From positions 128,001 through 192,000 of the forward strand of contig CM000436.1 in the NCBI GenBank assembly GCA_000165345.1: a stretch of 64,000 nt of DNA. Reading direction: 5' to 3'. Numbering within the stretch: the stretch's first letter is position 1; each line of letters starts with the position of its first letter. The position numbers were made by a program, and so were the translations under genes. Below the pieces are notes generated by a model. The model ran no database searches and had not been told where the DNA came from. It was given only the letters and a program-made list of their open reading frames with translations. Shown in pieces: positions 1 through 11,400 of this stretch.

Positions 1-469
1 AGAAGCTTTATCTGTTGAAATTGGTATTATTTATATACTACTTTATATTATTTCAGCTTCCAATATTATTACAGGATTTGTTGGTGCTATAACAACGTAT
101 TCTTATAATATTATAGCTCTCAAGATATATATGGTATGCAATTATTTAAACATCATTAAAGATATTATATTCTTTATTGTTATTAATATATTGTTAAATA
201 AATGGCATATAGCTTTCATTCATGTTGTTACTTTTTTCTTTATGTTGTTCCTTATATTTATACTTATTGGGCTTTTAAGTTCTTTTGTAGCAGAAAATCT
301 CTTATATATTCTTGAAGAAGAAAGAGATGAGAGTTCTACTGCTCAAAATACTGAAACAGCATCAGATTCAACAAACAGTAGAATTGCCAAGAATGATGAA
401 AATGGTAATAAAGATCTTGAAGTAGCCAAAGATGATGAAACTAATAATAATTCAGCAATACAAAATTAA
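1..469 (+). CDS. 3' end of a gene entering from upstream of the window; C-terminus of a multi-pass membrane protein with an acidic tail (partial CDS)
   Basis: The reading frame starting at base 2 is open from the window edge to TAA at 467–469. The translation is strongly hydrophobic, with several TM-like stretches such as IGIIYILLYIISASNIITGFVGAITTY and FFFMLFLIFILIGLLSSF. An acidic Ser/Thr/Asn-rich tail follows. Track ORF 131..469 is only the portion after an internal Met. Confidence 0.4.
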   Translation, partial: EALSVEIGIIYILLYIISASNIITGFVGAITTYSYNIIALKIYMVCNYLNIIKDIIFFIVINILLNKWHIAFIHVVTFFFMLFLIFILIGLLSSFVAENLLYILEEERDESSTAQNTETASDSTNSRIAKNDENGNKDLEVAKDDETNNNSAIQN

Positions 470-482
470 ATATAATTGTAAA

Positions 483-2960
483 TTAAGAATGAATTCCAAT
501 TTTCTTTAAATACTTATCAGTTCCCATTACATATCTTCTACCATTTGGACATACATTAATACAATCAACATTAGTAATAGATTCATCAACTCTGAATTCA
601 GTTGGAACAGTACATGCACCTCCATTTTTTGGAGATGTAAATTGACGGTAAGCTTCTATAGTAAAAATATTAGTCTTGGAACATTTTATACAATCTTTTG
701 CATTTTTTGGTAACAAATCAACATGACAAGGTTGTGGTAACAGTACTTTTGTTTGAAGATTACATACCAATTCCTCTGGCTCTTTCAGGGAATTTGAACC
801 GCGTGCAAATAATCTGAATTGTTCATTATTTAATTTTCCGTCTGGTAATACTAAACCTTCAGCATTACCAATTTTCATAGGCATAAATAACCAATTTGGT
901 TTTTCATTTCTAGATTGTTCACTAAATATAGATCTCGTAGCTTGAACAGTACTATCTAAAATAATTAATGCTTCTTTGTAATTTTCTATTTCATGATCTT
1001 TTAAATTATGATGACTTTTTAATTGACAAGTCTTGATAGATCCAAAAGATGCTGCAGTTACCTGACATCTTGTGAAATTACTGTCAATATTATTGTTTTG
1101 TTTGTTATTACTATTATTATTATTGCTATTATTATTATTGTTATTATTATAATCATCATTTTTTGATTCGGGTATGCCTGAATTTTTACTAACATCACCA
1201 AATATTATACGATTAAATAACTTTTTAATAATATCAATATAATTACTTTGGTTAACTTTTATAGCCTTTTTAATACTTGTAATAATTTTAGTATTATTTT
1301 CAAACTTTGAATTTTTATCCTTTGCTATATTATGTATTAATTCATTATCATTACTCTTTAAAAAGGTGAATCCATCTGGTAATACAAATCTAATTTCATC
1401 AGCTTCTTGAAATAAATGGAAAAATACCCAAATATTAGTAGTCTTATTTAACTGGGAATCTTCAAGATATACCATACAATCACTGCATGGATTTGTATTA
1501 CATGGTTTATATTCAACAATAGGCTTCTTATTACTAACACATGGGTATTCAAATGAATCTGGATATAACTTCTCACCAATCCATCTTGGTATTCCATTAG
1601 CTACTTGTACAATACTTGTAATATTACCAAATCCGCCACATGGAAATGGACAAAATCCCCATGGATATTCTGAAGCTATAGTTCTTAAATTTTCTCTCTC
1701 AACTCTACATCCAAATTCTTTGTTACAATCCTGTTTCATTTCAAATGGACAATCAGAATATTTAATAACCATACCTAAAGACTTACTCCATCCCATTTGT
1801 TTTTCTTCATTCCATGGGTATAAAGTCTCACAATCTGGACCATTACCAGAATTAGTTAATAATATTTTTCTATACTCAATTCTTTTTCCTTTATTCTTTG
1901 AAGCATTACAAGTAACAGTACATGGTATTAATTCTTCCCATGGACCTAATTGGCAACTTACATTACATGGTGTATCACCACATTCTCTTTTCTGATAAGC
2001 TCCACCACATAATTCTTCATCTTTACCAGAAAGTAGAGTTCTTCTCCATATTTCAACACCAGAATCACAAGTTGAACTGCATCCAGTTTCTCTTCTCCAT
2101 GGACTCCATTGACATTCAGCTTTAAGCAATAAACGCGTATTTTCATGTACTTTAGTAATATAATGACCAGATGAAAAGCGAATTTTTGATAGCCACCAGA
2201 AATTCTTGGGGTCATTTTGAACTTTTCTTGTTTCAACAGGAGTTCTTACCTTTAATTGAAATCGATAGTATCCCGGCGCAGGGAATACAGATTCATCTTG
2301 ATTTTGAATTACAAAGTAGATTGACCCATTTGCAGATACTGTTGTACATTTGATTGATATTGGAATAGATTTCATTACTTCTGGACTAATTTCTTGTAAA
2401 TGTTTAACACATGTACATAATTTCTCACTTTTTGGCAATGTATATGATGGTGGAGTAGAAATAATAAAGTAATCAATGGTATGACCTTCAAAAGTTGAAA
2501 AAGGTAAGGTAAGAGTTGCAAATATATCTATATCTGAATCAACAAAACGATTATTTTCTTCAATTTGAAAAATCATTGTTTTCTGAAAATCTATTTCATT
2601 TTGAGATTTTCTTCCTTTTGTTTGAGTTGAAGTTTCTAGAATTGAATCCTTATTCATACCAATAAGTAAATTATTTAATTCCAAATTGTTAGCAAAAATT
2701 TGATCAATATCAGTTTCACTTGCTTTATTTAATTGAAGTGAATCAATTTCATCATTTTGCATTCTATAAGAGTCATTTATTGACTCCAATTTCGATATTC
2801 CAGTTACTTCATTATCTGTTTGTTGCTCATTACTTCCCCTTGATCTAAGTATACTTTCGTCCATATTTTGTATACTTACAGGAGGAGAATAATCAGTAGA
2901 TTCACCAAACAGTCCCCCCACATAATATATAATTAGTATAAATACAAATTTAATTCCCAT
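483..2960 (-). CDS. secreted thrombospondin type-1 repeat (TSP1) protein, 825 aa; putative adhesin
   Basis: The ORF is ATG-initiated (cat at 2958–2960). The N-terminal signal peptide is MGIKFVFILIIYYVGGLFG. At least two canonical TSP1 repeats are present: CQWSPWRRETGCSSTCDSGVEIWRRT..C and CQLGPWEELIPCTVTCNASKNKGKRIEYRKI. There are further Cys-rich segments and an Asn-rich low-complexity tract. No C-terminal TM helix is evident. Confidence 0.65.
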   Translation of the reverse strand: MGIKFVFILIIYYVGGLFGESTDYSPPVSIQNMDESILRSRGSNEQQTDNEVTGISKLESINDSYRMQNDEIDSLQLNKASETDIDQIFANNLELNNLLIGMNKDSILETSTQTKGRKSQNEIDFQKTMIFQIEENNRFVDSDIDIFATLTLPFSTFEGHTIDYFIISTPPSYTLPKSEKLCTCVKHLQEISPEVMKSIPISIKCTTVSANGSIYFVIQNQDESVFPAPGYYRFQLKVRTPVETRKVQNDPKNFWWLSKIRFSSGHYITKVHENTRLLLKAECQWSPWRRETGCSSTCDSGVEIWRRTLLSGKDEELCGGAYQKRECGDTPCNVSCQLGPWEELIPCTVTCNASKNKGKRIEYRKILLTNSGNGPDCETLYPWNEEKQMGWSKSLGMVIKYSDCPFEMKQDCNKEFGCRVERENLRTIASEYPWGFCPFPCGGFGNITSIVQVANGIPRWIGEKLYPDSFEYPCVSNKKPIVEYKPCNTNPCSDCMVYLEDSQLNKTTNIWVFFHLFQEADEIRFVLPDGFTFLKSNDNELIHNIAKDKNSKFENNTKIITSIKKAIKVNQSNYIDIIKKLFNRIIFGDVSKNSGIPESKNDDYNNNNNNNSNNNNSNNKQNNNIDSNFTRCQVTAASFGSIKTCQLKSHHNLKDHEIENYKEALIILDSTVQATRSIFSEQSRNEKPNWLFMPMKIGNAEGLVLPDGKLNNEQFRLFARGSNSLKEPEELVCNLQTKVLLPQPCHVDLLPKNAKDCIKCSKTNIFTIEAYRQFTSPKNGGACTVPTEFRVDESITNVDCINVCPNGRRYVMGTDKYLKKIGIHS

Positions 2961-5456
2961 TTCCTTTCCACATGTATATATTGAAAATTATTTTTACCTT
3001 ATATAAACTTTAATTATGATTCACTTATTTCTTAGGCAGATAACTTGTACCAATATCTGAAAAATATATTTATTGTAAGCTTAATTAATTGGTTTATTAT
3101 TATTATTATTATATTTTTTTTTCTGGTTGTTTTGAATAAGTATATTTGAACTTTACTTTTAATGACTTAGCTGTTAGCACTCTAAGTTTTCTTATCTTTC
3201 TATAATGATTAATATTTACACTGTTTTATTCAATGATTTCTTTAAACCAGTATTCATATCACAATTTGTTCTCCATTTCAAGCTCATCCCGTCTAATGTC
3301 GATTTTTATTATTTTTTAAAAATTTTCCTTCAAATGCATTTCCATTTACACACGGCGCCAATTCCCCACATGCATTTTAGTGTCATATCCAACCACTAAA
3401 AATTTGACCAAAAAGTTTTTTTTAATAACTTAAATTGTATAAAACAACCTCTAAGTTAACATTTAAGTATTATTAATCTTTGTTTTTATTTATTGTTTTC
3501 AAAATTATTTTATTCCCAATTTTGTCATTGAACTTTAAATAAAGATGGCCTTTCATCTTTTCCCCACATAGTTGCACACGTAATTATAATAATCAGATTA
3601 TAAATATATTTTCTCCTTAAAATTTGGATCTTTTCAAATTGTTTTCTCTATCATTTAAAATTATTCTCATTTTCATTTTCTTATTTCATTCTTATTGTCC
3701 GTTTCTATTGCCATTAATTTAATAATTTTTAAAAACCGTCAAATAATTTCAAAGTATAAATATTAATTTAGTATTTTTTTTCTATAAACTTATTGGTATT
3801 TCAACTTCTTATTATTGTCCACATAATACTGGCATGACAAAAACAAATTATTTTCTTAACTACATACCGGAGTACATGCAATCCTTGCATGTAGTAAAAA
3901 AAAAAAAAGAAAGTTGATATAAGGAAATTTGAAAAAATGAGATAAAATTATGTTGATTAAACTTTCAGAAAATGTACAGAACTTTGTAAATCTTACAACT
4001 ATCGGAAATGAAAGCATTAAATAATTAAAAAATAGAGTAAGAGTTATTGGAATAATAACATTAGTAGATTTAAACCAGAGATAAAAGTAGTTAGTTTAGT
4101 GGTTGCATTAGTACTAGTGGTGCAGTAATAGCAGAAATTATTTTATTCATATTAAGAAAAAATTAATAAGAAAGGAAGTAATAGGTAGTTTTATGTCCAA
4201 CCCGAAATGCAGAATCTAAAACTAAGCTTAAAGTAAAAGAAAATACATTGTCTTTTCAAACATTTGAAGCACAAATAAAAAGCAGTACCAATTAACTGTA
4301 GAGTAAATGCACGACAAATTCAGGGTAAAATTAGAAATTAATTTTTCATCTTAAGTTATTCACTGGAACACTTATTTATATTCAAAAATAAGAGAATTAT
4401 TCAGAGAATTGAAAACTAACACATAAAAAAAAAGATGAAAATTAATAGAAGAGAATTCAATATTAACAAAAAAAAAATTCACAAATTCAAAATACTCTTT
4501 CAATAAAGGGAATAATACGTCAAAGTGACGCAAGTTTTTTTAGGCAGCTCCTCTACTAAATTTAAAAAAAAAATTCATTTATCTCTATTATTATTTAATT
4601 TAAATACAATGCTATATTTCCATTATTAATATTAATTCATAAATATATATTACAGTTCGACCTTTTCTTCAAATTTTATCTATGATTACCGCTAATTCTG
4701 ATAATTTTCATTCTGCTAGTTTTCATATGTAATTTTTAATTAACTACTATTATTTCACAATAAATTCCTATTTATTTTTCATTTATCTATTCTATTAATC
4801 AATCCCTGCCTTATTACCCATTTTTCACTATTACTTTAATCTGACATAAATAGTCGAATAATATATTTTATTAGGCGGGAACTCAGAAACAATTTTTGGG
4901 TGCCCCACTTATAGTAATTTGTAGACATTTACCCGCTCAGACAAAGCAAAAGTTTTCTTTAAAGTTAAGATCAGAAAGCTAAATTAATCTATAAAAGGTA
5001 AAAAGACACTAATTCTCTTATAAATTTTGTGTTTAAAGAGAATCCAGTGGGGATCTATGGAAAACCATCACAAGCCTGGAACAATCTACTCGAGCTTGCA
5101 GATAAAAGAGGCGATCTTATATGAGCTAAAAAGATTGCCAAAAGACAACAAGGTATTTAGGAGGGATGCTAATTTATTCTTTCTCTCAGACAGAGATTCG
5201 GTTAAGGAACTTTGTGAACAGAAAGAGAACTAGTATTATTTCTTCATTGGTTGGAATAAAAGACTAATTAAGCTTTAATTAATACTTAAAATTGGAAAAA
5301 TCGATTTGTCTCACTTAAGTTTTAGAAATCTTAATGTTATTTGGCTGATTATTTATGTACATTGGAGTATTATAGTGTACATATCTGAAATCAATACTAA
5401 AACTTTACTTTATGTGTTAAGTCTTCTATCGTTTGATATTTTTTCATTTTGAAACA

Positions 5457-8400
5457 ATGCATAGCAACAAAAGAAAACATAGAAAAAACAAGGAATTTAC
5501 CAATAGTTGGCCTCTAACACTTGACCATAGTTTAATGGAGTCATTGACGAAGAATGTTTCCGCCAGAGAAACCGAATTTTTAGAGGAAGTTAAACTCTAT
5601 AAATCAAGACTAATTAATTCCAATAACTCTTCAACAACTTTAAACTCCATGATCCTTCATTACAGTGACAAATTTCCTGCTGACTCATTCATCTCGAGAT
5701 TGTATGCTAACCCACATTCTATTCTATTTCTATTCAATATTATCCCTCCTTTGCTTTCTTGTTCTAGTACTGGAACTCCTTTTTTAAGCAAAGAAAGATC
5801 AGAAATACTCACTTTTGTTATTCAACTCCTCTTTAAATCATTAATCAAACACTGTCAGATTATCCTCTCTATTGACAAGAGATTAGATAATTCTATTGTG
5901 AATCTGAGTATGAGTTTAACACATCATATTCAAACAGTATTCTCTGGAAATCAAGATCTTGCAATTATGATGAGCTCATGCACAAGTCTATTAATTATCC
6001 TCTCAAATAGTTCAGCTAACTATATTCGAAATATTGTCTCTAACTTTGAAGTCGTTTCTGGTAATTTATCTTACGAATATGATTGTATCCGTAAAATGGC
6101 CTCTAGAGAATCCATTGTCAGCAATAATAAACTCTTTCAAAGACTTCCTTTTCAAAATAACCTTAAAATTGGTAATTTTATCTCATATTTAAGGTATTTA
6201 GAAGGAATTGCTAACCTTTATCTTTTAAATGTTGAAAGACCCAATTTTCTTACTCCTAATAAAAAAGCTACTATTGAAAAAGTTATCCTCTCCATGTCTC
6301 CTGTAGTTCTTGAACAAATGGAGAAACTTATCACTATCTACTTTTCTCAATACAAACCCGAAAATATCTTTGGTGATTATTCTCTCTTTTATGATGGAGA
6401 AGGAGCTAGACTGAAATTTATTGATTTTATTGCACCAATAATTATCCAAACTTCACTCAAATGGGTATCTGCATCTCAAGAAATCAGCCTTAGAAGATTT
6501 AGCAAGTTACATACTAGCTCCTATTTTGATATCTCAAAGTTCCCTAATATCCTTGAAATGGTATTATTACCTATACGAAGGGACCAAATCAGTGATGAAG
6601 TTTCGGATATCATCCTAAACTTTTTAGAAAGTTACTCAGCTCATCTTAGTCTATCAAACAAACACTCTGTACCGATCTCTGTATTATCCAAAAATATTCT
6701 AATCTCATCATTGTTATTGTCAAGCTCAATGAACAAGGATTCTACAATATTCACTTTGAGAGAAGAACTTTCTTTATTAAATACAAACCTAAACTGGCTT
6801 AAGGTTTTAATCAAGTACTTTAAGATCTTTTCTCATTCTTTAGTACCTTTACTAATCATTTTTGATCTAATGGATCTTCCCTTAAACTCTGATCTTGAAA
6901 AGCTAGAGTTTGAGGATCCATCCATTCAAGATTTATATCAAGAATGGATCGATACTTGTTCAACAACTTTTTTGAAAATTGTCTTTGAAACAATTTCCAA
7001 GGCATCTAGAATCTCTAAGGTTAACAGAGCCACATTTTCTGCACCAATCATGATCACATGTGGTGATTATCATCAATCAAAAGATTTGAAGTCATCTGTT
7101 AATGATCAAAGCTTTATCAAGAGTAACTTTGATATTGCTGATATGAGAGTAGGACTTGAGATGGATCTAGATTTAGATCTTGATCATGAAATTCCAAGAA
7201 TTATCGATGATTTTGGTCAAACTTTAGGAATTGATTATAGAAATGATCCAGATTTGGGTTCTGGATTACTTTTTCTGCCAGAAACTCTTAATGTTAATGA
7301 TAATACAAAATTACCATTTAACAAATTATCTCAAAGTAATGTTCATAACAGTACTTCAATGATTCCTAATCCTATTCAGTTTACTGACTTCAAACACCAA
7401 CATATTCATCATTATCAGCACCAACATCAGCAGCATCTTATGGACGTGCCAGATTTTAACATTCAACTAGGCAGTGAAAGTAGCCATATTTTCCAAAAAT
7501 ATCGTCGAGAAGTACATTATTTAATGTGTTGCTTATCCTTAATCACTTTAAGAGGATCATCTGAGTTTATATTACTCTCGATTTCTGGTTGGGGAAGTTT
7601 ATGTAATTCATTGAGAATTTCATCTTCATGTAGTTCATATCTTGAAGATCTTTTAATGATCACCAATCAGACTAAGTTTAAGCCTTTAGAAGAATGCTTT
7701 CAAAAAATTAAAAACCAAAGAGAAAACGTTTCTGACAAATTTGCAGATATTGATGAAATTGGTCTTGTTGGAATACAAAGGTACTTTGTTTGGTCAATTG
7801 TCCAATTAGGAGAATTTCCTGATGAGCTTTATAACTTTGAAGATCATTCAGATTCATATTTCCCAAAATTCTCACAGAAGAAATCGAATCATTTGAAGAT
7901 TAGAGAATCTATCAGAGATGCTGTTAGAAATGCAATATTCTTCCCAGAATCTCCCAATATTGCAAATCCTGGTTTTGATGATAATGATAATAATAATATT
8001 AACAAAATAAATTATCATCTTTCAACAAATTCAAGAGGTATTATTAAATATATATTGCCTTTCTATTCTTTCCAAATGTTCCTTAAAGATACATATCTTC
8101 ATCTAAATGGATTTAATCTTGTTAGTTATATTGGATCTGGACAAATCAAAATTAAAAGATCTATACCAAATACTAATAATATACAAATTAAAAGCTTTAT
8201 TGTACGCTTAGAATCCATTTTACATGCATTTAGTGCAATTATTAAGAAGGGATTAACATCTTTCCCTTTAAGACCTAATACAACCAAAATAACTGAAAAG
8301 ATGGGTAATGATGATCTTAATAGAATGTATAACAATGAAGATGAAATTAGGAGTTTGTTAGAAATGGTCAATGCTTCCTTAAAAATTGATGATGAAGATG

Positions 8401-11400
8401 TAATTAATAGTGAACTTAATAATCGCGAATTAGTTCTTGGTAATGAAAATGACTATTTTGAACAAACTCGAATTCTCTTTGATGCTGTTATGCTTAAAAT
8501 CTTCAAAGTAACTGGCGAATTTGAAGGTCTTATGGACATTTACCTTAGAAATTGTCATCAGAGATTAGCAGACCAAAGAATTATGATTGATGATGGAGTT
8601 AGAGTTTATGAGAGATTATTTAGACAATTATTATGTACTTTAATTACTCTACTTGGAGTTAGCTCAGTTTGGTTTAATGATAAATCCATTCTAGTCACTT
8701 TAAAAGGTCTTAAATATATTTTTAGATCACTACAACTTATTCAAGAAGATCATTTCTTCCCATTGGCTCTAGAACAAGATCATGTTGGAGCCTTAGCCTT
8801 GTTAAAGCTTTCTCAAAACAAGACATGTTTTGAAAATGAAATCTTGGATTATATGGTTGTCAAATGTATGGATTCATTTTCTAGACTATTCTCTGATTCT
8901 AAAAAACAAGTTGAAATTCCCTCAATGACTTTTGAGAGCTATCTAATTCTATTAACTTCACTTGGAATTTGTATTTCACATATCATTTCTGATGTTGATA
9001 AAGATCATCTATCATTCTATTCTTGTACTAATTCACCAAAATCCATTTCAGCAACAACTTCTTCATCAGTTTCAGCTTCAAATGTTGGTAATAACAAAGA
9101 ACATCTTTATCTATTTAAAAAACTACAAAAATGGAAGAAGTATACTGGAATGGTCTTGGAGAAATACTTGTATCTATTAGATAGATTAATTGAGATCTAT
9201 AATGTCAAGATTATGGATCAAGATTCTTTCAAGAATATGGATGGCAATCATGGTAATTGTAGTCATAACAAAAATAAGATACCGGTAACTGATGATGAAA
9301 TTTGTCAAATTTATAATTTATTATTAGTGACTTACATGTTATTTTGTGGACTTGAAGCATTCTTTTCTTCAATATTTCCATGTAAGTATAGGCCGTATAG
9401 TTATGTAATACTTACAATAGGAGCAGAGAAATTTTCTCATTTGAATATTTTGGAATATAGCAAGAAATTATTCGAGTCAGAGAGTAATCTAAAATCTTCT
9501 ATTGCTGCTAAGATTTTAAAGGATGCTTCTAATTACATTTTAGGGTTCTTTTCAAAGGAGTTTTATTCAAGGATAAGAATTATTTTACGTTTATCATGTG
9601 CTATTTCACCAAATTGGTTACAAGTACTTTATCATCCATATACTTGTATAATATCTTGCATACTCCAATTACCATTTTTGAGTACGAATAATATAAATGG
9701 TGAGGGGGGAGGCTCAGACCTTCTTCTTGGGTTGTATAGATATATTGGTTATGATGAGTTCCAATTTCTTTCAATGGACGCTCCTTTTGGCAATCTACGT
9801 GGTTGCGTTGGTGTAATGGGTGGTCATATTATTACTAATAGTAATGGTAATAGTAATAACAGCAACTTGAATATGAGTATTAGCAGCAGTAGTGGTGGTA
9901 GTACCAGTATAAATATTATTAATAATAATAATAATATTAGTAACAATGGTAATAGTAATAATAACAGTAATAATAATCATATTAACAATAACAATAATAA
10001 TATTAATAACAATACTATTAATAATAACAATAATAGCGGAATTGGGATAGGAGGAATGATAGCAGGAATTACTGCTAATAATGGTGTTATGATTCCTAAT
10101 ATCCAGAGAGGTAGAGATTTGGGGAGTAAATGTAATTGTTGTTTTAATGGGGAAAATGAGGGTTTTGGTTCCAATGGGATAATAAAGAAAGGGTTGCATC
10201 CTATAATAACTTTGATCTACAAATTATTACTATTTAATAGGGGGTTAAATGTTGATGCAATTTCTATTACGAAATTGCTACAATCTAACTTTCGGGGTTT
10301 GGGAAACTTTAGTGTTGGTGGAAGTGTGATAACTGGAGGGACAGGAGCGGGAGTAGGAGTGGGAACGGGAATAGAGGTCGGTCTAAGTGGATGGTCACCA
10401 TTATCGTCATCATCCACTTTGGGTTTTGTCAGTAATGGCGGAAATAACCAGAAATATCTTAAGGACGTGTTTAATATGTTGAAAGGGGACTTAATGTTTT
10501 ACAGGGGTGATGGGGGGAATTGTCATAATGGTGACAATCATAATAATGATAATAATAATAATAATGCTTTTTCAAAAGTATGTATTTGCAATTATGTTCC
10601 AAATATTTTTTTACCATTGTCAGTAATGATGTTAAGGGTACCATATTTTACACTAAAAGGGAAGCAGAAATTTTTGGACCCAATATTGTCATTTATTAAC
10701 TCCTTTAAAACATTTAATGTGCATCCAATCATCCAGTTTTTGAGTTATTACTCTGTTAGTGTTTCTACTTTAACTAGCATAAATAGAGATGATTATAAGC
10801 TACAAGATTCGACGGGTTATTTTAGATATTTTAAGAAAGATTCTGGATTACAAGATGTAAATAAACTAAACACCTTTTGTATGTATGTGAATCAGATGAG
10901 TAATTTAGATGGTAATCTCCGAATGAATAATAGCAGAATTGATGATCATTGTTCTTGCTTGGAGTACCATGATGGCGTTTGTTTAACTTTACTATTATTG
11001 TTACAGAATTTGACAAATTTATCAGTAACTAATGATAACTGTTATCCTGGACAAGGGGGAGGTAATACTGGGATGGGAATTTTAGGTGGATGTAATGGAG
11101 CTTATAACGTGAATACAAGCTTCATTAAGATCGTTGGTACTCCGATACGAGCGAATTTGGAAGTATTTATAGAATATGTAATATCAAGATGTATAGTTAC
11201 ATTATTAATATGTATAGGAGCACAAAATTGTAATATAAAGAGAAGAGTAGAAAAGGAGAGGATTATGAATTACTATAATAATAATCCTATAGAGATGAAT
11301 TTAAATGATTATAATAGTTACAATGATGGTTCAAATGGGGCATTATCATCAATTAAATCAATATTCAATGAAAATAACAACAGCAGTAGAAGGATATTTA

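Noticed and set aside
131-469. Track ORF 131..469 as a complete small gene
   Set aside because: The same frame is open back to base 2 with continuous hydrophobic coding sequence. It is the 3' end of a gene that starts upstream of the window.
3000-5430. tRNA, snRNA or rRNA genes in the long intergenic regions (also 12516–14310, 27300–29050, 43271–45255)
   Set aside because: I scanned for T-loop (GGTTCGAAT type) and anticodon-arm-like patterns and for long GC-rich structured segments. Nothing convincing was found. The GC-richer patches at 4860–4960 and 13145–13340 lack recognisable RNA-gene signatures.
9795-10417. Antisense ORFs 9795..10199, 9977..10174 and 10217..10417 within the 2352-aa gene
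   Set aside because: They are artefacts of the AAT-rich low-complexity tract on the opposite strand of a clearly coding region.
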